A stretch of DNA of 64,000 nt from an uncultured Candidatus Saccharibacteria bacterium (GTDB lineage: Bacteria > Patescibacteriota > Doudnabacteria > UBA920): contig CAYYQK010000001.1 in assembly GCA_964473815.1 (NCBI GenBank), positions 93,523 through 157,522 on the forward strand, given 5' to 3'. Made by a program: the position numbers and the translations under genes. The first letter of the stretch is position 1; each line of letters begins with the position of its first letter. The notes under the pieces were generated by a model. It was not told the DNA's origin. It ran no database searches and worked only from the letters and a program-made list of their open reading frames with translations. Positions 8,889 to 18,551 of the stretch are shown piece by piece.

Positions 8889-11003
8889 GTGAGCTACCGA
8901 ATACCTACTAGGCTCGAAGATCTAGATCTAAAAGCCATGAGCATAGCTCAGTTAGGTGAATATCTATTCGAGATCGATGCCATTCAGGCAAGACGGTTTC
9001 GTAAGCTGGCTGATGAGGTTCGGGAGATTGCTTTTGATCCCATTTTGAATCATCTCCTTGCTTGTCAAAAGATGGATGTTCTTCCGCAAAAAGATGCTGT
9101 CAGAGAAGTGATTGATGACGCACAAAACGGGCGCTCGTTTCACGATGGGCGTAAGTTACAATATCGACTAGATTCGTACGTAAGACCTGAAGAAATAGAG
9201 GAGAGCACAGAAGACGATATGAGAAGGAACGGAGCAGTATGGAAGAAGGTGTCTGGTATTGAAATTTCATCAAGTAACCAGCTCTTTCTTTTGGTGAAAC
9301 CTAAACATGAAGCAACGTTTGTGGAGTGGCTGGGCAAAACACCCAATGTGATCGTGAAGTCAACCGATTTCGTTAAGACTTGCGGTGGCTTCAAAAGTAC
9401 GGAACGCAACGTATGGTCACTTGCTCGGCGGGATGAGTTTTCAAAGGCCGTGCGAAACCAGCTTAATCCCAAAATTGGTCCCATCCAATTTAAATACTTT
9501 GATCACCCCATCGCCTTAGCGCGCGCTGTGGCGGATAAATTACTTAAGGAATTGCCCAGCGAAGTCCTGGCGAGACTCGAAGAAAGGCAGCAAGTATTTT
9601 CTGTCCCTGCGGTGAATAACGCCGTAGGTTTACCGCCGCATCCAGTGGCGCAACCAAAGGAGAAAGCAAAGATGATACGAACACACGAAGAAGTTTTAGA
9701 TCAGCTGCCGCGGTGGATCTTTGCGAAAGCAAAAGGTACCACTGGATGGCAGCTGGAGTTTGAGCGGTTGTGGAATTTCACCAGAGACCACGCTGACTTC
9801 GCTGGGGTGAATTTGGCGGAGTTTACTTCGGCCATGTTTCACGCCCTATGTCTTACGAGCAAAATGCCGAGCGATACAACCAAGCACCTAATATTCTATC
9901 TCATGGATGTTAATGGTTGGGGTCGGAAGGATAAGGACCTGGTGGTTAAAGCTCTTCATAACCGAGGTTTCCAGAGTGTCAATGAATCGATCCTCGAGCT
10001 CGCCATGAGTCAGTATGTTCCTTCGGAACTCGCCGTCGGGCGGGACTCGGAGAATTCAGAAAGGTCCGCTTCAGTTGAAGGTGATGCCGTATCGAACGAC
10101 TTTACTCGTCCGAAGGTGGAAGAATTTATGGTCGACCTCGATTCGATGGACTTCTCGTCGATGAAGCTTACCGAGATGGCGCGGGTATTTCTGACACCTA
10201 ACGGTGAACTGATCGAAAACTTCCACACCACCAAGGACTTGTTTGAGTACATCTCGGAGAAGCATCCGGGTATCAAACTTGGCAGCTTTACGTCCACCTT
10301 CTATGCTGTGGCTCGGAAGCAAAAGAGCCCGAACGGATCCAAACCCGAAACTGCGAAAGGGACTAAACCACAGACGCCGCGAGGGTCGAGATTTGATGAG
10401 GTGAAGTCTGACCAGGTGAAGGCTGGTGAAGGGTCGGTGCTGACCATCCACCAAATATTGCAGCAGTACATGAATCCGGATGGTTCTTATCCGGCATCGC
10501 ATCCGACTCGACTCGACTTCATAAAGCTGGTGAATCAGATCAATCCCGAGATCCAAAGAGTCACCATTCTAAATTCCTTGGCAGATTTTCGCAGAAAACT
10601 TCGGAATGGCCAGATTGTTATGGAGCAGAGATCGCCGGAGGTCGAGCCTGAATCGAGAATGGAGACCGGGGAGGAGTTGGAGCCTGGCGCCGAAACTCAG
10701 GAGGCATTCGATCCTTCGGAAGGGCTCGATAAAACTTTCGACGAAGAACCTGAACCGGATCAGTCTGCCAACGAAGAGGCCTCTGCAACGCCAGCAATCA
10801 TCGCTCCTGAGCGAGAAATCGTTCCTGAGCCGATCAAGGCGGTGGAAAGCAGTGATGGCGGATCTGAACTGGAGAGGCTTAAGGCCAAGATCGCTGCGGG
10901 ACGGGATGTGTACGACTTTCTCGGGAATCATCCGGAGTTCCTCGAGATGTACGTTCGGTTCAAAGCAACGCATCCAAATGTAAGTCTGTTCGAAGAGAAC
11001 TGA
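8889..11003 (+). CDS. Orphan 704-aa protein with repeated helical, possibly winged-helix, modules and an acidic tail
   Basis: Long ORF with GTG start, own promoter, SD and terminator; looks more GC-rich than its flanks; no family recognised. Confidence 0.75.
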   Translation: MSYRIPTRLEDLDLKAMSIAQLGEYLFEIDAIQARRFRKLADEVREIAFDPILNHLLACQKMDVLPQKDAVREVIDDAQNGRSFHDGRKLQYRLDSYVRPEEIEESTEDDMRRNGAVWKKVSGIEISSSNQLFLLVKPKHEATFVEWLGKTPNVIVKSTDFVKTCGGFKSTERNVWSLARRDEFSKAVRNQLNPKIGPIQFKYFDHPIALARAVADKLLKELPSEVLARLEERQQVFSVPAVNNAVGLPPHPVAQPKEKAKMIRTHEEVLDQLPRWIFAKAKGTTGWQLEFERLWNFTRDHADFAGVNLAEFTSAMFHALCLTSKMPSDTTKHLIFYLMDVNGWGRKDKDLVVKALHNRGFQSVNESILELAMSQYVPSELAVGRDSENSERSASVEGDAVSNDFTRPKVEEFMVDLDSMDFSSMKLTEMARVFLTPNGELIENFHTTKDLFEYISEKHPGIKLGSFTSTFYAVARKQKSPNGSKPETAKGTKPQTPRGSRFDEVKSDQVKAGEGSVLTIHQILQQYMNPDGSYPASHPTRLDFIKLVNQINPEIQRVTILNSLADFRRKLRNGQIVMEQRSPEVEPESRMETGEELEPGAETQEAFDPSEGLDKTFDEEPEPDQSANEEASATPAIIAPEREIVPEPIKAVESSDGGSELERLKAKIAAGRDVYDFLGNHPEFLEMYVRFKATHPNVSLFEEN

Positions 11004-11029
11004 CTGTAGTTCACGCACTTCACACGCTA

Positions 11030-11072
11030 AAACGGGTACAGGAGCAAACGCTCTTGTACCCGTTTATTTTTT
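11030..11072 (+). terminator. Intrinsic terminator
   Basis: aaacgggtacaggagc-aaac-gctcttgtacccgttt followed by a T tract. Confidence 0.85.
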
Positions 11073-12889
11073 TATTTATCTAAGTCGCTTTTTTTGATGA
11101 AGTCCGTTGGCATTTCAATAGTTTTGACTGTGCCAATATTTTTGGATTCAGTTTCAATTTTGAGTTCCGCATCAAAATTTAGTTGCTTGATTACTTCCAT
11201 GGCGATTTTGTAAAAATCATCTTCGATTTTTGAGTCTTCCTGCTTGATAGTTGATTCACTTGTGCCAGGTTGATTCGCGAATTCTGCCGGGATTCCTTTT
11301 TCCGTAAGCGCAACTTCGCCTGATTTCATTCCGGCCGTGGCTTGACCAAGACAAAATTCAATTTTATAACTTTGCGGTGAGACCTGAGTGTACCAATAAG
11401 TGTTGTAATAATCAGTACAAGTTCCATCGGGTGGAGTAGGGGAAGCGGGATACTTTTGTATAAAGCCGGCCTCTATCACTCCTACAGGCTGTCCGTCTTT
11501 TGCTTCTGGATAATGACCATTTGCTTCATAGTATAACTCGACTGCGGACGAAATACTTCTGGCATCTGAGACGCGACGTGCGTCGCGAGCCTTGGCATCT
11601 GTATTTTTTATTTGGTCTTTTGGATTTAGAATTCCCGGTTTGTTAATTGCATCTTGAAATGCTTGTAAAGTTTTTGATACAGAAATAGCATTCAATGTTA
11701 GCTGGCTCTTATACATTTTATGGTTTGTCACACCAACCCAAATTTCATAATTTTTAAATTCAATTTTATCTACGATTGCGTTAGCAATATCTTTGGATTG
11801 CTGCTTAAATTTGCTGTCCGCTAAACTTCCTTCATCAATAGAGTCTTCAACATACTTATGAAATCTGTCTTTGTTAAGAGCTAAAGAATAATGCGCAACT
11901 ACATGACCGTCTATGTATGTGAGTCCATCCAATTGCTTTATATCAAACAAGCGATTTTCTTTGAGCAGTTTGACTGTACCAACATCGCGTGAATCGTAAA
12001 ACGCAGATTTAATATCACTACGGATAGTATCGATGTCTTTTTTGTCGGTAGATTTAATCCACTTCCCTTTGCCTGGAGCAACTTCATGGCTTCCTAAAAT
12101 GGCATCAACAGTTTTTTGGATATTGTCGTTATAGTCAAATTTTCCAAAAGCTTCACTGTCATTAAGCTTTATGTCAACATTGCCGGAATATTCTTTGGCA
12201 TCGTTTGTGAGAGAGAGATCTACGTGAGTATCGGTTTGTGGTGCATCTTCATCTTTTACATTCAAATAAGCATTCACATTCCCGGCGATAGTTAAATCGG
12301 AGATTTTAAATGAATACTGGCTATCGTATTGATTGAGCTCTTCGTCTGTAAAAATACCAAACGCTTTAGCAAAATTTGAAGGCTTAAACTGATAACTCCC
12401 AGAATCAGTGTATGTAATACTTAGCTTACTATCTTGAGTTTCCTTTAAACTGCTATCTACCATTTGCACCCAAACTTTGTTTTGGAAATCTTCACCCATC
12501 GAAGTCTTGCCCATTCCATAAACAACATAGGCCGAGGCTATAAGAGCAATTACTACCAAAATCAAAACACCAGGAATAATGAGAATTAGTTTTGAATGAA
12601 GAAAACGGCTAAAAAACGATCTGGCTGGTGGTGGGGGTGGTGTCGATGATGTAGGGGGAGCGGGCGGGGTTGGAGTTGGTGGAGCGGGTGGAGTTGGCGG
12701 TGGCGGTGTCGGAGGAGTGGAAGGCATGGGCTTCAACGGAGCCGGTGGCGGTGTCGGTGGCGGTGTCGGTGATTTAGATGCGGGCGCAGCGACACTCGCT
12801 GGTTTAAATGCAGAGCTTGGAATCGGTGGTGCGAGCGGCACCGATGGTTTTGGTTGCTGCATTTTAGGATCCAAGTTTTGATTTTCCAT
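11072..12889 (-). CDS. Membrane-anchored protein: Pro-rich N-terminus, TM, ectodomain with embedded GspG/type IV pilin-like domain
   Basis: Start moved to ATG 12889 (MENQNLDPK) to avoid overlap with msrA; KARDARRVSDARSISSAVELYYEANGHYP...C...Y.Y...Y.I.FCL. Confidence 0.7.
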   Translation of the reverse strand: MENQNLDPKMQQPKPSVPLAPPIPSSAFKPASVAAPASKSPTPPPTPPPAPLKPMPSTPPTPPPPTPPAPPTPTPPAPPTSSTPPPPPARSFFSRFLHSKLILIIPGVLILVVIALIASAYVVYGMGKTSMGEDFQNKVWVQMVDSSLKETQDSKLSITYTDSGSYQFKPSNFAKAFGIFTDEELNQYDSQYSFKISDLTIAGNVNAYLNVKDEDAPQTDTHVDLSLTNDAKEYSGNVDIKLNDSEAFGKFDYNDNIQKTVDAILGSHEVAPGKGKWIKSTDKKDIDTIRSDIKSAFYDSRDVGTVKLLKENRLFDIKQLDGLTYIDGHVVAHYSLALNKDRFHKYVEDSIDEGSLADSKFKQQSKDIANAIVDKIEFKNYEIWVGVTNHKMYKSQLTLNAISVSKTLQAFQDAINKPGILNPKDQIKNTDAKARDARRVSDARSISSAVELYYEANGHYPEAKDGQPVGVIEAGFIQKYPASPTPPDGTCTDYYNTYWYTQVSPQSYKIEFCLGQATAGMKSGEVALTEKGIPAEFANQPGTSESTIKQEDSKIEDDFYKIAMEVIKQLNFDAELKIETESKNIGTVKTIEMPTDFIKKSDLDK

Positions 12890-12940
12890 TTTTTGTTTCT
12901 TAGAAAGTCTTTTCTTAATTATATATGATATAATCGGTTC

Positions 12941-13492
12941 ATGGAAAGTTATCCACAGAAAAATGAAATTGCTGTTTTTGCGGGTGGATGTTTTTGGTGT
13001 ACCGAAGCAATCTTTCAAAAATTGCGTGGTGTTGCCAGTGTGGTGCCAGGGTATGCTGGTGGGACCGTTGAAACCGCTAATTACGAGCAAGTATCCTCTG
13101 GTCGAACCGGGCATGCGGAGAGTATTCGGTTTGAATTTGATCCACAAAAAATTTCCTACCGCGATTTACTCGAAGTCTTTTTTGCTACTCATGATCCGAC
13201 TACTTTAAATCGGCAGGGAAATGATATTGGGCCACAATACCGATCGACAATTTTTTATGCCAATGATCAACAAAAGGGCGAGGCGGAAAAAATTATTAAA
13301 GAACTCACGGATGAGCGGGCTTTTACTGATCCGGTCGTGACAACCTTAGAGCCATTAAATGAATTTTATGAGGCTGAGGACTATCACAAGAATTATTATG
13401 AAAGAAACCAAGGGCAACCGTATTGTCAGGTTGTAATTAATCCGAAGATAAAAAAGTTTAAAGAAAAGTTTGCATCATTAATACAAGAATAA
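12941..13492 (+). CDS. msrA: Peptide-methionine (S)-S-oxide reductase
   Basis: [44 protein letters not shown]. Confidence 0.97.
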   Translation: MESYPQKNEIAVFAGGCFWCTEAIFQKLRGVASVVPGYAGGTVETANYEQVSSGRTGHAESIRFEFDPQKISYRDLLEVFFATHDPTTLNRQGNDIGPQYRSTIFYANDQQKGEAEKIIKELTDERAFTDPVVTTLEPLNEFYEAEDYHKNYYERNQGQPYCQVVINPKIKKFKEKFASLIQE

Positions 13493-13493
13493 T

Positions 13494-13898
13494 ATGGACG
13501 ATCAAGAAAAAATTATAAAAACCGAAGAAGAGTGGAAAAAGGATTTAACCCCAGAGCAATATGCGGTGTTGCGCGAAAAGGGCACAGAGCCCGCTTTTAC
13601 GGGGACGTATGTAGATAATCACGGCCATGGCGTGTACCGATGTGCGGCTTGCGGTCAGCAATTGTTTAGCTCCGAAACAAAATTTGACTCGGGCAGTGGT
13701 TGGCCATCTTTTACTGATCCGATGAATTTGGAACACGTAGAATTAAAAGATGATAGTAGTTTTGGGATGCATCGAACCGAAGTTATTTGCAAGCGGTGTG
13801 GCTCACATTTAGGCCATGTGTTTGACGATGGACCCCAAGACAAAGGCGGTAAGCGCTATTGCATCAATTCTTGTGCATTAAATTTCGAGAAAAGATAA
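13494..13898 (+). CDS. msrB: Peptide-methionine (R)-S-oxide reductase
   Basis: [43 protein letters not shown]. Confidence 0.97.
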   Translation: MDDQEKIIKTEEEWKKDLTPEQYAVLREKGTEPAFTGTYVDNHGHGVYRCAACGQQLFSSETKFDSGSGWPSFTDPMNLEHVELKDDSSFGMHRTEVICKRCGSHLGHVFDDGPQDKGGKRYCINSCALNFEKR

Positions 13899-13951
13899 TT
13901 TTCCAAAATGAAAAGGGCTGCAGCGGAGAGCGTATGATATAATAAATCTCT

Positions 13952-14302
13952 ATGAATGATTTACAAGAAGTTTTTAATCGTATTCGCGAAACGCGAAACA
14001 AAGCCAAAGAGATTCGTAAGATGTATAAAGATACTTTGATTGCGCATCAGGAGTATCAGGAGGTTGTAGAAAAATTAGACAATTTGAAGATTCGCAAAAA
14101 ACAAATTGAAACGGAAATTAAAGACGACCAGATGGCGGATTTCCAAAAACTCGATGCATACAAAATGCACGTCAAAAACGATACGGAAATGTTGTCTGAT
14201 TTGGCGCTAAATAAATTAGTTTCTGGCGAAACAGTTGAAGTAGTTGATGAAGCCGGGGATAAATACGAACCCTTGTTCACAGTGAAATTTAAAAAGGCTT
14301 AA
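13952..14302 (+). CDS. Hypothetical coiled-coil protein
   Basis: 116-aa charged helical ORF preceded by TGnTATAAT. Confidence 0.75.
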   Translation: MNDLQEVFNRIRETRNKAKEIRKMYKDTLIAHQEYQEVVEKLDNLKIRKKQIETEIKDDQMADFQKLDAYKMHVKNDTEMLSDLALNKLVSGETVEVVDEAGDKYEPLFTVKFKKA

Positions 14303-14658
14303 TGGAATTAGTAAAACAGCGCAGTTTGCAACAACTGCGCTTATTAATTAGACGATGCGAAACGGAGAGCGCGGCAGTAGTTGGCAAAAAGCCAACGTCC
14401 TTACGATTGAAACCAATGAAGTCGCAGTGGGGAAGCTGTAATAGTCAGGGGATAATTGCGATTAACACACGATTGATGTATTTGCCAGAGCGCTTGGTGG
14501 GATACATTGTACATCACGAAGTGGTGCATTTAAAAATCCACCGCCACGATCGAAAGTTTCGTGAGGCGGTGGAAATATTGTTTCCTGATCGGTTGGAGCT
14601 AGATAAACAATTACATGCAGCAGCGGGAATTTTGCGTATTAAGTTAACTACTGACTAA
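14302..14658 (+). CDS. Minimal YgjP/DUF45-type zinc-dependent hydrolase
   Basis: MKSQWGSC, I.INTRL, YIVHHEVVHL...H...F. Confidence 0.85.
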   Translation: MELVKQRSLQQLRLLIRRCETESAAVVGKKPTSLRLKPMKSQWGSCNSQGIIAINTRLMYLPERLVGYIVHHEVVHLKIHRHDRKFREAVEILFPDRLELDKQLHAAAGILRIKLTTD

Positions 14659-15154
14659 CTGAGAACATCGTCATAATTGGAATGTTGTTGCTTTTAACTG
14701 GCATGTCTGTGGCGGCATTAAATTTTTTGTCGCCGTTATCTTCGTGCAGCATGGCAATATATTTACCGCCGGCTACAATAGGGACATTAATTTCCAAATC
14801 TTGTTTCGGCCCAACAGTTAAGTAACCACTTGCGCCAATTATTTTTCCAGGTTGGCCTTTGCTGTCTACTTCGTGAATTGCGATGAAGCCAGGTTTTTCG
14901 AGGAAGGCGTTGTCAATTGTGATGCTACTGCCAGGAGTTTGTTCACTGACGGCAACGGTAGCAGAAGTTGGTTGGCCAGAATTATCCGGTTTGTCATTAG
15001 GAACATCACCAGTGAATTCGTTGGTGTTCGAATTTGTGCTAGAAGTTTGGTTAGTATTTTCCGGGGCTGCTGCTTTGTGGTTCCTCATATATAGATAGAG
15101 TCCACCGAGAATAACAATGGCGGCCACAGCAATGATCAAATATTTTTGTTTCAT
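14648..15154 (-). CDS. Membrane-anchored hypothetical protein
   Basis: N-terminal TM; beta-rich domain V.EQ.PG..I.I....L..PGFIAIHE...AMLHEDNGD..F. Confidence 0.75.
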   Translation of the reverse strand: MKQKYLIIAVAAIVILGGLYLYMRNHKAAAPENTNQTSSTNSNTNEFTGDVPNDKPDNSGQPTSATVAVSEQTPGSSITIDNAFLEKPGFIAIHEVDSKGQPGKIIGASGYLTVGPKQDLEINVPIVAGGKYIAMLHEDNGDKKFNAATDMPVKSNNIPIMTMFSVSQ

Positions 15155-15211
15155 CTTTGAAGCTTAATTACGTGATAATTATAACATGAAATATCAAAAT
15201 AATAGGGAATT

Positions 15212-15249
15212 TGAGCTATATTGACAAATAGCTCAGATTTTGGTATAAT
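15212..15249 (+). promoter_or_regulatory. Consensus sigma70 promoter with the -35 inside an inverted repeat
   Basis: TTGACA (15221) - 17 nt - TATAAT (15244) with extended TG; tgagctat (15212) / atagctca (15228) flank the -35. Confidence 0.88.
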
Positions 15250-15289
15250 ATGGAAAAGTTCTAAAATACATTTGGTAGGGGGTATTCTA

Positions 15290-15703
15290 ATGACAGTACT
15301 AAGCGTAGCTTATGAAGCGCCGTTTCGCCTAGAGGGTTTGCCCATCGACGACGAGGTTCGTCAAAGCGTTCAGGATGGCACGTTTATTTGTCCTCGTTGT
15401 TCATCCGAAAACATCAATTGTGGATGTTATTCCGCAATGGATATATTGGATGATCTCGGCGTTGATAAGTTTACGTTTAAACAGGCGTATACCTTTGGAC
15501 GGCGCGGCTTTAATCCGCTAACTAGCTCGGTGATGTTCAAGGGCAAGTTCGTTGCCTCGCGGAAGGATCCGAATGATCCCGAGAGCGATGTAATGTTCGC
15601 TGTTCTTGAACCATTCCGGGTGAGCGGCATAGGCTTCCGTGCTGTAGCTTTGCCTGAGGTTGAGCAGATCATTCTGCGCGGCCTCGCGACTAAGCTTTGC
15701 TGA
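15290..15703 (+). CDS. Orphan 137-aa protein with CxxC...CxC possible zinc site
   Basis: Start reassigned to ATG 15290 after SD-like TAGGGGGT, because the track's TTG at 15221 is the -35 box; FICPRCSSENINCGC. Confidence 0.7.
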   Translation: MTVLSVAYEAPFRLEGLPIDDEVRQSVQDGTFICPRCSSENINCGCYSAMDILDDLGVDKFTFKQAYTFGRRGFNPLTSSVMFKGKFVASRKDPNDPESDVMFAVLEPFRVSGIGFRAVALPEVEQIILRGLATKLC

Positions 15704-15726
15704 AATCAGCCAGCGCACTTAAAAAC

Positions 15727-15760
15727 AAAGGGCGGAGTCACAACAGACTTCGCCTTTTTT
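15727..15760 (+). terminator. Intrinsic terminator
   Basis: aaagggcggagtc-acaaca-gacttcgcctttttt. Confidence 0.85.
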
Positions 15761-15778
15761 CTATGCTAAAATACCTGT

Positions 15779-16879
15779 ATGTTAATAGGAATTGAGGCAG
15801 AACGGGCCAATAATACTCAGAAAACCGGAGTTGAGCATTATGCCAAAGAATTGATTTTACAGTTGGCCAAAATCGATTCGCAGAATGAATATACTTTATA
15901 TTTACGAACACAACCACAGGAGTGGTTTTTGAAATTGCCGCAAAATTTTCAAGTTAAAGTAATGCCATTCCCAATTTTTTGGACGCAATTGCGGTTAAGT
16001 TGGGAAATGTTGTGGCATAAGCCTGATGTATTGTTTGTGCCTGCATCGACGTTGCCATTGGTGCATCCACGAAGTGTTTACACAGAACATGATGTTGCCT
16101 GGATTTATTATCCGGAGATTTTTACTTTATGGATGCGTTGGTTCCACAAGGTATTTAGTTGGTTGGCGCGAACTGGTGCAACAAAAATTATTTCTATTTC
16201 AGAAGCCACAAAAAAAGATTTAATTTCAAATTATGGTGTACCGGCAGAAAAAATTGCCGTCGTGCCGCATGGCTACACAGTGACTGAAAACATGTCGAAT
16301 GAATTAAGTGCCGAGGTTGCTAGTAAGTTACCACAGAAATATGTGCTGTTTCTGTCGACCTTGCAGCCGCGTAAAAATATCGAGCGCCTAATAGACGCAT
16401 TCCGCCAGTTAAAAATCGAACATCTGGAATTGCCACATAAATTAGTAATAGTGGGAAAGCCGGGTTGGAAATTTCAGAATATTTTGAAAAAGATAGAGGA
16501 GAATAAGGATATTGTTGTTTTTCTGGGTCATGTATCTGACAATGACCGCTGGCCGATATTCCGCAAAGCGGATATGTATATCAACCCCAGTTTGTATGAA
16601 GGATTTGGCATGCCTCTTCTTGAAAGCTTTGAATGTGACTGTCCTGCAGCAGTTTCAAATAATTCCAGTTTGCCAGAAGTTGGCGGGGACGCAGCAGAGT
16701 ATTTTGACCCAACTTCAACTGATCAAATAAAAGAAGCAATGTGGAAAATTTTAAGTAATGAATCATTGCGTAAGGAAATGATTGCAAGGGGTCGCCAGCA
16801 ACTCGCAAATTATAGCTGGGACAAATGCGCACGCGAGACACTTAAAGTTTTAGAGGGAGCAGGAAAAACTAATGAATAA
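15779..16879 (+). CDS. GT4 family glycosyltransferase
   Basis: TGVEHY, TLQPRKN, PSLYEGFGMPLLE, SSLPEVGGD, YSWDKCARET. Confidence 0.95.
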   Translation: MLIGIEAERANNTQKTGVEHYAKELILQLAKIDSQNEYTLYLRTQPQEWFLKLPQNFQVKVMPFPIFWTQLRLSWEMLWHKPDVLFVPASTLPLVHPRSVYTEHDVAWIYYPEIFTLWMRWFHKVFSWLARTGATKIISISEATKKDLISNYGVPAEKIAVVPHGYTVTENMSNELSAEVASKLPQKYVLFLSTLQPRKNIERLIDAFRQLKIEHLELPHKLVIVGKPGWKFQNILKKIEENKDIVVFLGHVSDNDRWPIFRKADMYINPSLYEGFGMPLLESFECDCPAAVSNNSSLPEVGGDAAEYFDPTSTDQIKEAMWKILSNESLRKEMIARGRQQLANYSWDKCARETLKVLEGAGKTNE

Positions 16880-18536
16880 ATTTAAATTTAAAACTCAACA
16901 ATTAATTTGGCTAATTGTTTTCTGGCAGTTTATAAGCGTTGGCTTGATGGCAGTCGGTGTTTGGCCTGCGAATGTCGCCTTAGTAAACAGTGTTTTGTTG
17001 GGTTTGTTTATTTTGTTTGCCAAACCGTACCAAAGCGTATTGTTGTTAGTGTTATCAATTCCATTTTATATAATCCTTCCTAATACTGTTGTTGCCAATT
17101 TGCCAATGTGGCGTCCGCTGTTTGTAGAATTATTTGCGGTGTGGTTTGTTCATTTATTGATTGCCCAGCGCGCGTGGTTGCAAAGATTGTTTACAATTCA
17201 GCGGTGGACCAATGATGAACCACTGACCGGAACAAAACTCAAAGAAATCGTTATTAATTCCCTTAAACGAATAGACAGTCGGTTTATGCCGTGGGATAAA
17301 GTCGCAGTTCTATTTATTGTATTAGCGGCTTTGTCTTTGCTGATTGCCCGTTTCCCTGGTCATGGCGCGAAACAAATTCTGTTTTTGCTGAATGTTTATT
17401 TGTTATACATAGTTGTCATCAATGTTGTTACCGATCGTGACAAGCTAAAAGAGTTGATCCGCTACACCCTGGTTTCTCTGGGAATTATGGTAGCACTGGG
17501 GTATATCCAATACATTGGTACTATGTTTTCTCAGCCATATTACTTTTGGCAATATTGGGCCGTAATGGTTTCTAACTTGTATTACGGAACGCCGCTGGCG
17601 AATGTTTTGGTTTACTCGAATTCATGGTTTTCATATTCCGGTGGTTCACAGGCTTTGCGTATGTTCGGCATTTTGCCAGACACTCACGCCTTTGGAGTAG
17701 TCTGCATCTTTGCATTAGCATTTTTAGCACCGTATTTAAAAAGTTGGCGCAAAAATAAATGGTACTTGGTAGTGGCAATCGTACTGGTCGCTTTTGCGAT
17801 TATGGCAGATGGTACGCGCGGGGTGTGGATCGCGATGCTGGCGCCACTGCTTTTGACTTTGCTTTTCATTGGTAAAAAATTATTTGTTAATTTTTCTAAG
17901 GCGTTACTGGGTGTTTATTTTGTTGTGATCATCTTGTTTGCATTGTCTCCATTTATTTCGCAAGGACTAAACTTCATTCGGACATACGATGTGAATGATG
18001 ATTTTCTTTCTCGAGCAGGCAGCATTTATGATTTAAACGAAAGCTCTAATGCCGGACGCCTTGAAATTTGGAAAAGTAGTGTTAAATATGCTGCGCTCCA
18101 TCCATTTGGGGTTGGTTACGGAAACTTCATTGTCTCGTTTATTGATCGCATTCCAGAACGAATGACCTATGAACAATTAGCTGACCAAAAAAACTTGCGA
18201 TATAATTTGCCCGCTGGTTTTGTGACTGCTCACAGTTTGTATTTGCAACTTTTGGTTGAATTGGGCTTTGCTGGCTTGCTGGCATTCATCTTATTTTGGT
18301 GGGAATATTTTGAAAGACTATTCCAATTTTTAAGCTCACACTTAGCCGAAGACTCATATTACAGCAATTTAGTCATTAGTTTGGCGATGGCTTTCTTGTG
18401 GCTTTTGGCTTATGGCGTCTTTGACTTAACCATCCTTAATGATAGGGTATTGCAGTATTTATTCCTCTCATTAGCCATTAGTGGATTGCTTTTTGCAAAA
18501 TACGACAGTTTAAATGATATAATAGTAGAAGACTAA
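16872..18536 (+). CDS. O-antigen ligase / Wzy_C family membrane protein
   Basis: Many TMs; RMFG..PDTH, GTRGVW, SNAGRLEIW, HPFGVGYGNF, AHSLYLQLLVELG. Confidence 0.9.
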   Translation: MNKFKFKTQQLIWLIVFWQFISVGLMAVGVWPANVALVNSVLLGLFILFAKPYQSVLLLVLSIPFYIILPNTVVANLPMWRPLFVELFAVWFVHLLIAQRAWLQRLFTIQRWTNDEPLTGTKLKEIVINSLKRIDSRFMPWDKVAVLFIVLAALSLLIARFPGHGAKQILFLLNVYLLYIVVINVVTDRDKLKELIRYTLVSLGIMVALGYIQYIGTMFSQPYYFWQYWAVMVSNLYYGTPLANVLVYSNSWFSYSGGSQALRMFGILPDTHAFGVVCIFALAFLAPYLKSWRKNKWYLVVAIVLVAFAIMADGTRGVWIAMLAPLLLTLLFIGKKLFVNFSKALLGVYFVVIILFALSPFISQGLNFIRTYDVNDDFLSRAGSIYDLNESSNAGRLEIWKSSVKYAALHPFGVGYGNFIVSFIDRIPERMTYEQLADQKNLRYNLPAGFVTAHSLYLQLLVELGFAGLLAFILFWWEYFERLFQFLSSHLAEDSYYSNLVISLAMAFLWLLAYGVFDLTILNDRVLQYLFLSLAISGLLFAKYDSLNDIIVED

Positions 18537-18551
18537 ATTTAGAAAAACTTT

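Noticed and set aside
9140-11018. Long antisense and alternative-frame ORFs inside the 704-aa gene
   Set aside because: Expected shadows of a GC-richer coding strand; no expression signals or motifs.
12626-12790. GGT/GGC-rich repeats as CRISPR or VNTR
   Set aside because: They are codons of a poly-Pro tract on the minus strand.
12890-13147. N-terminal 86 aa of the 691-aa ORF
   Set aside because: Overlaps msrA on the opposite strand; ATG 12889 is the plausible start.
15221-15289. TTG start of the 160-aa ORF
   Set aside because: The TTG is the -35 box; ATG 15290 follows an SD-like sequence.
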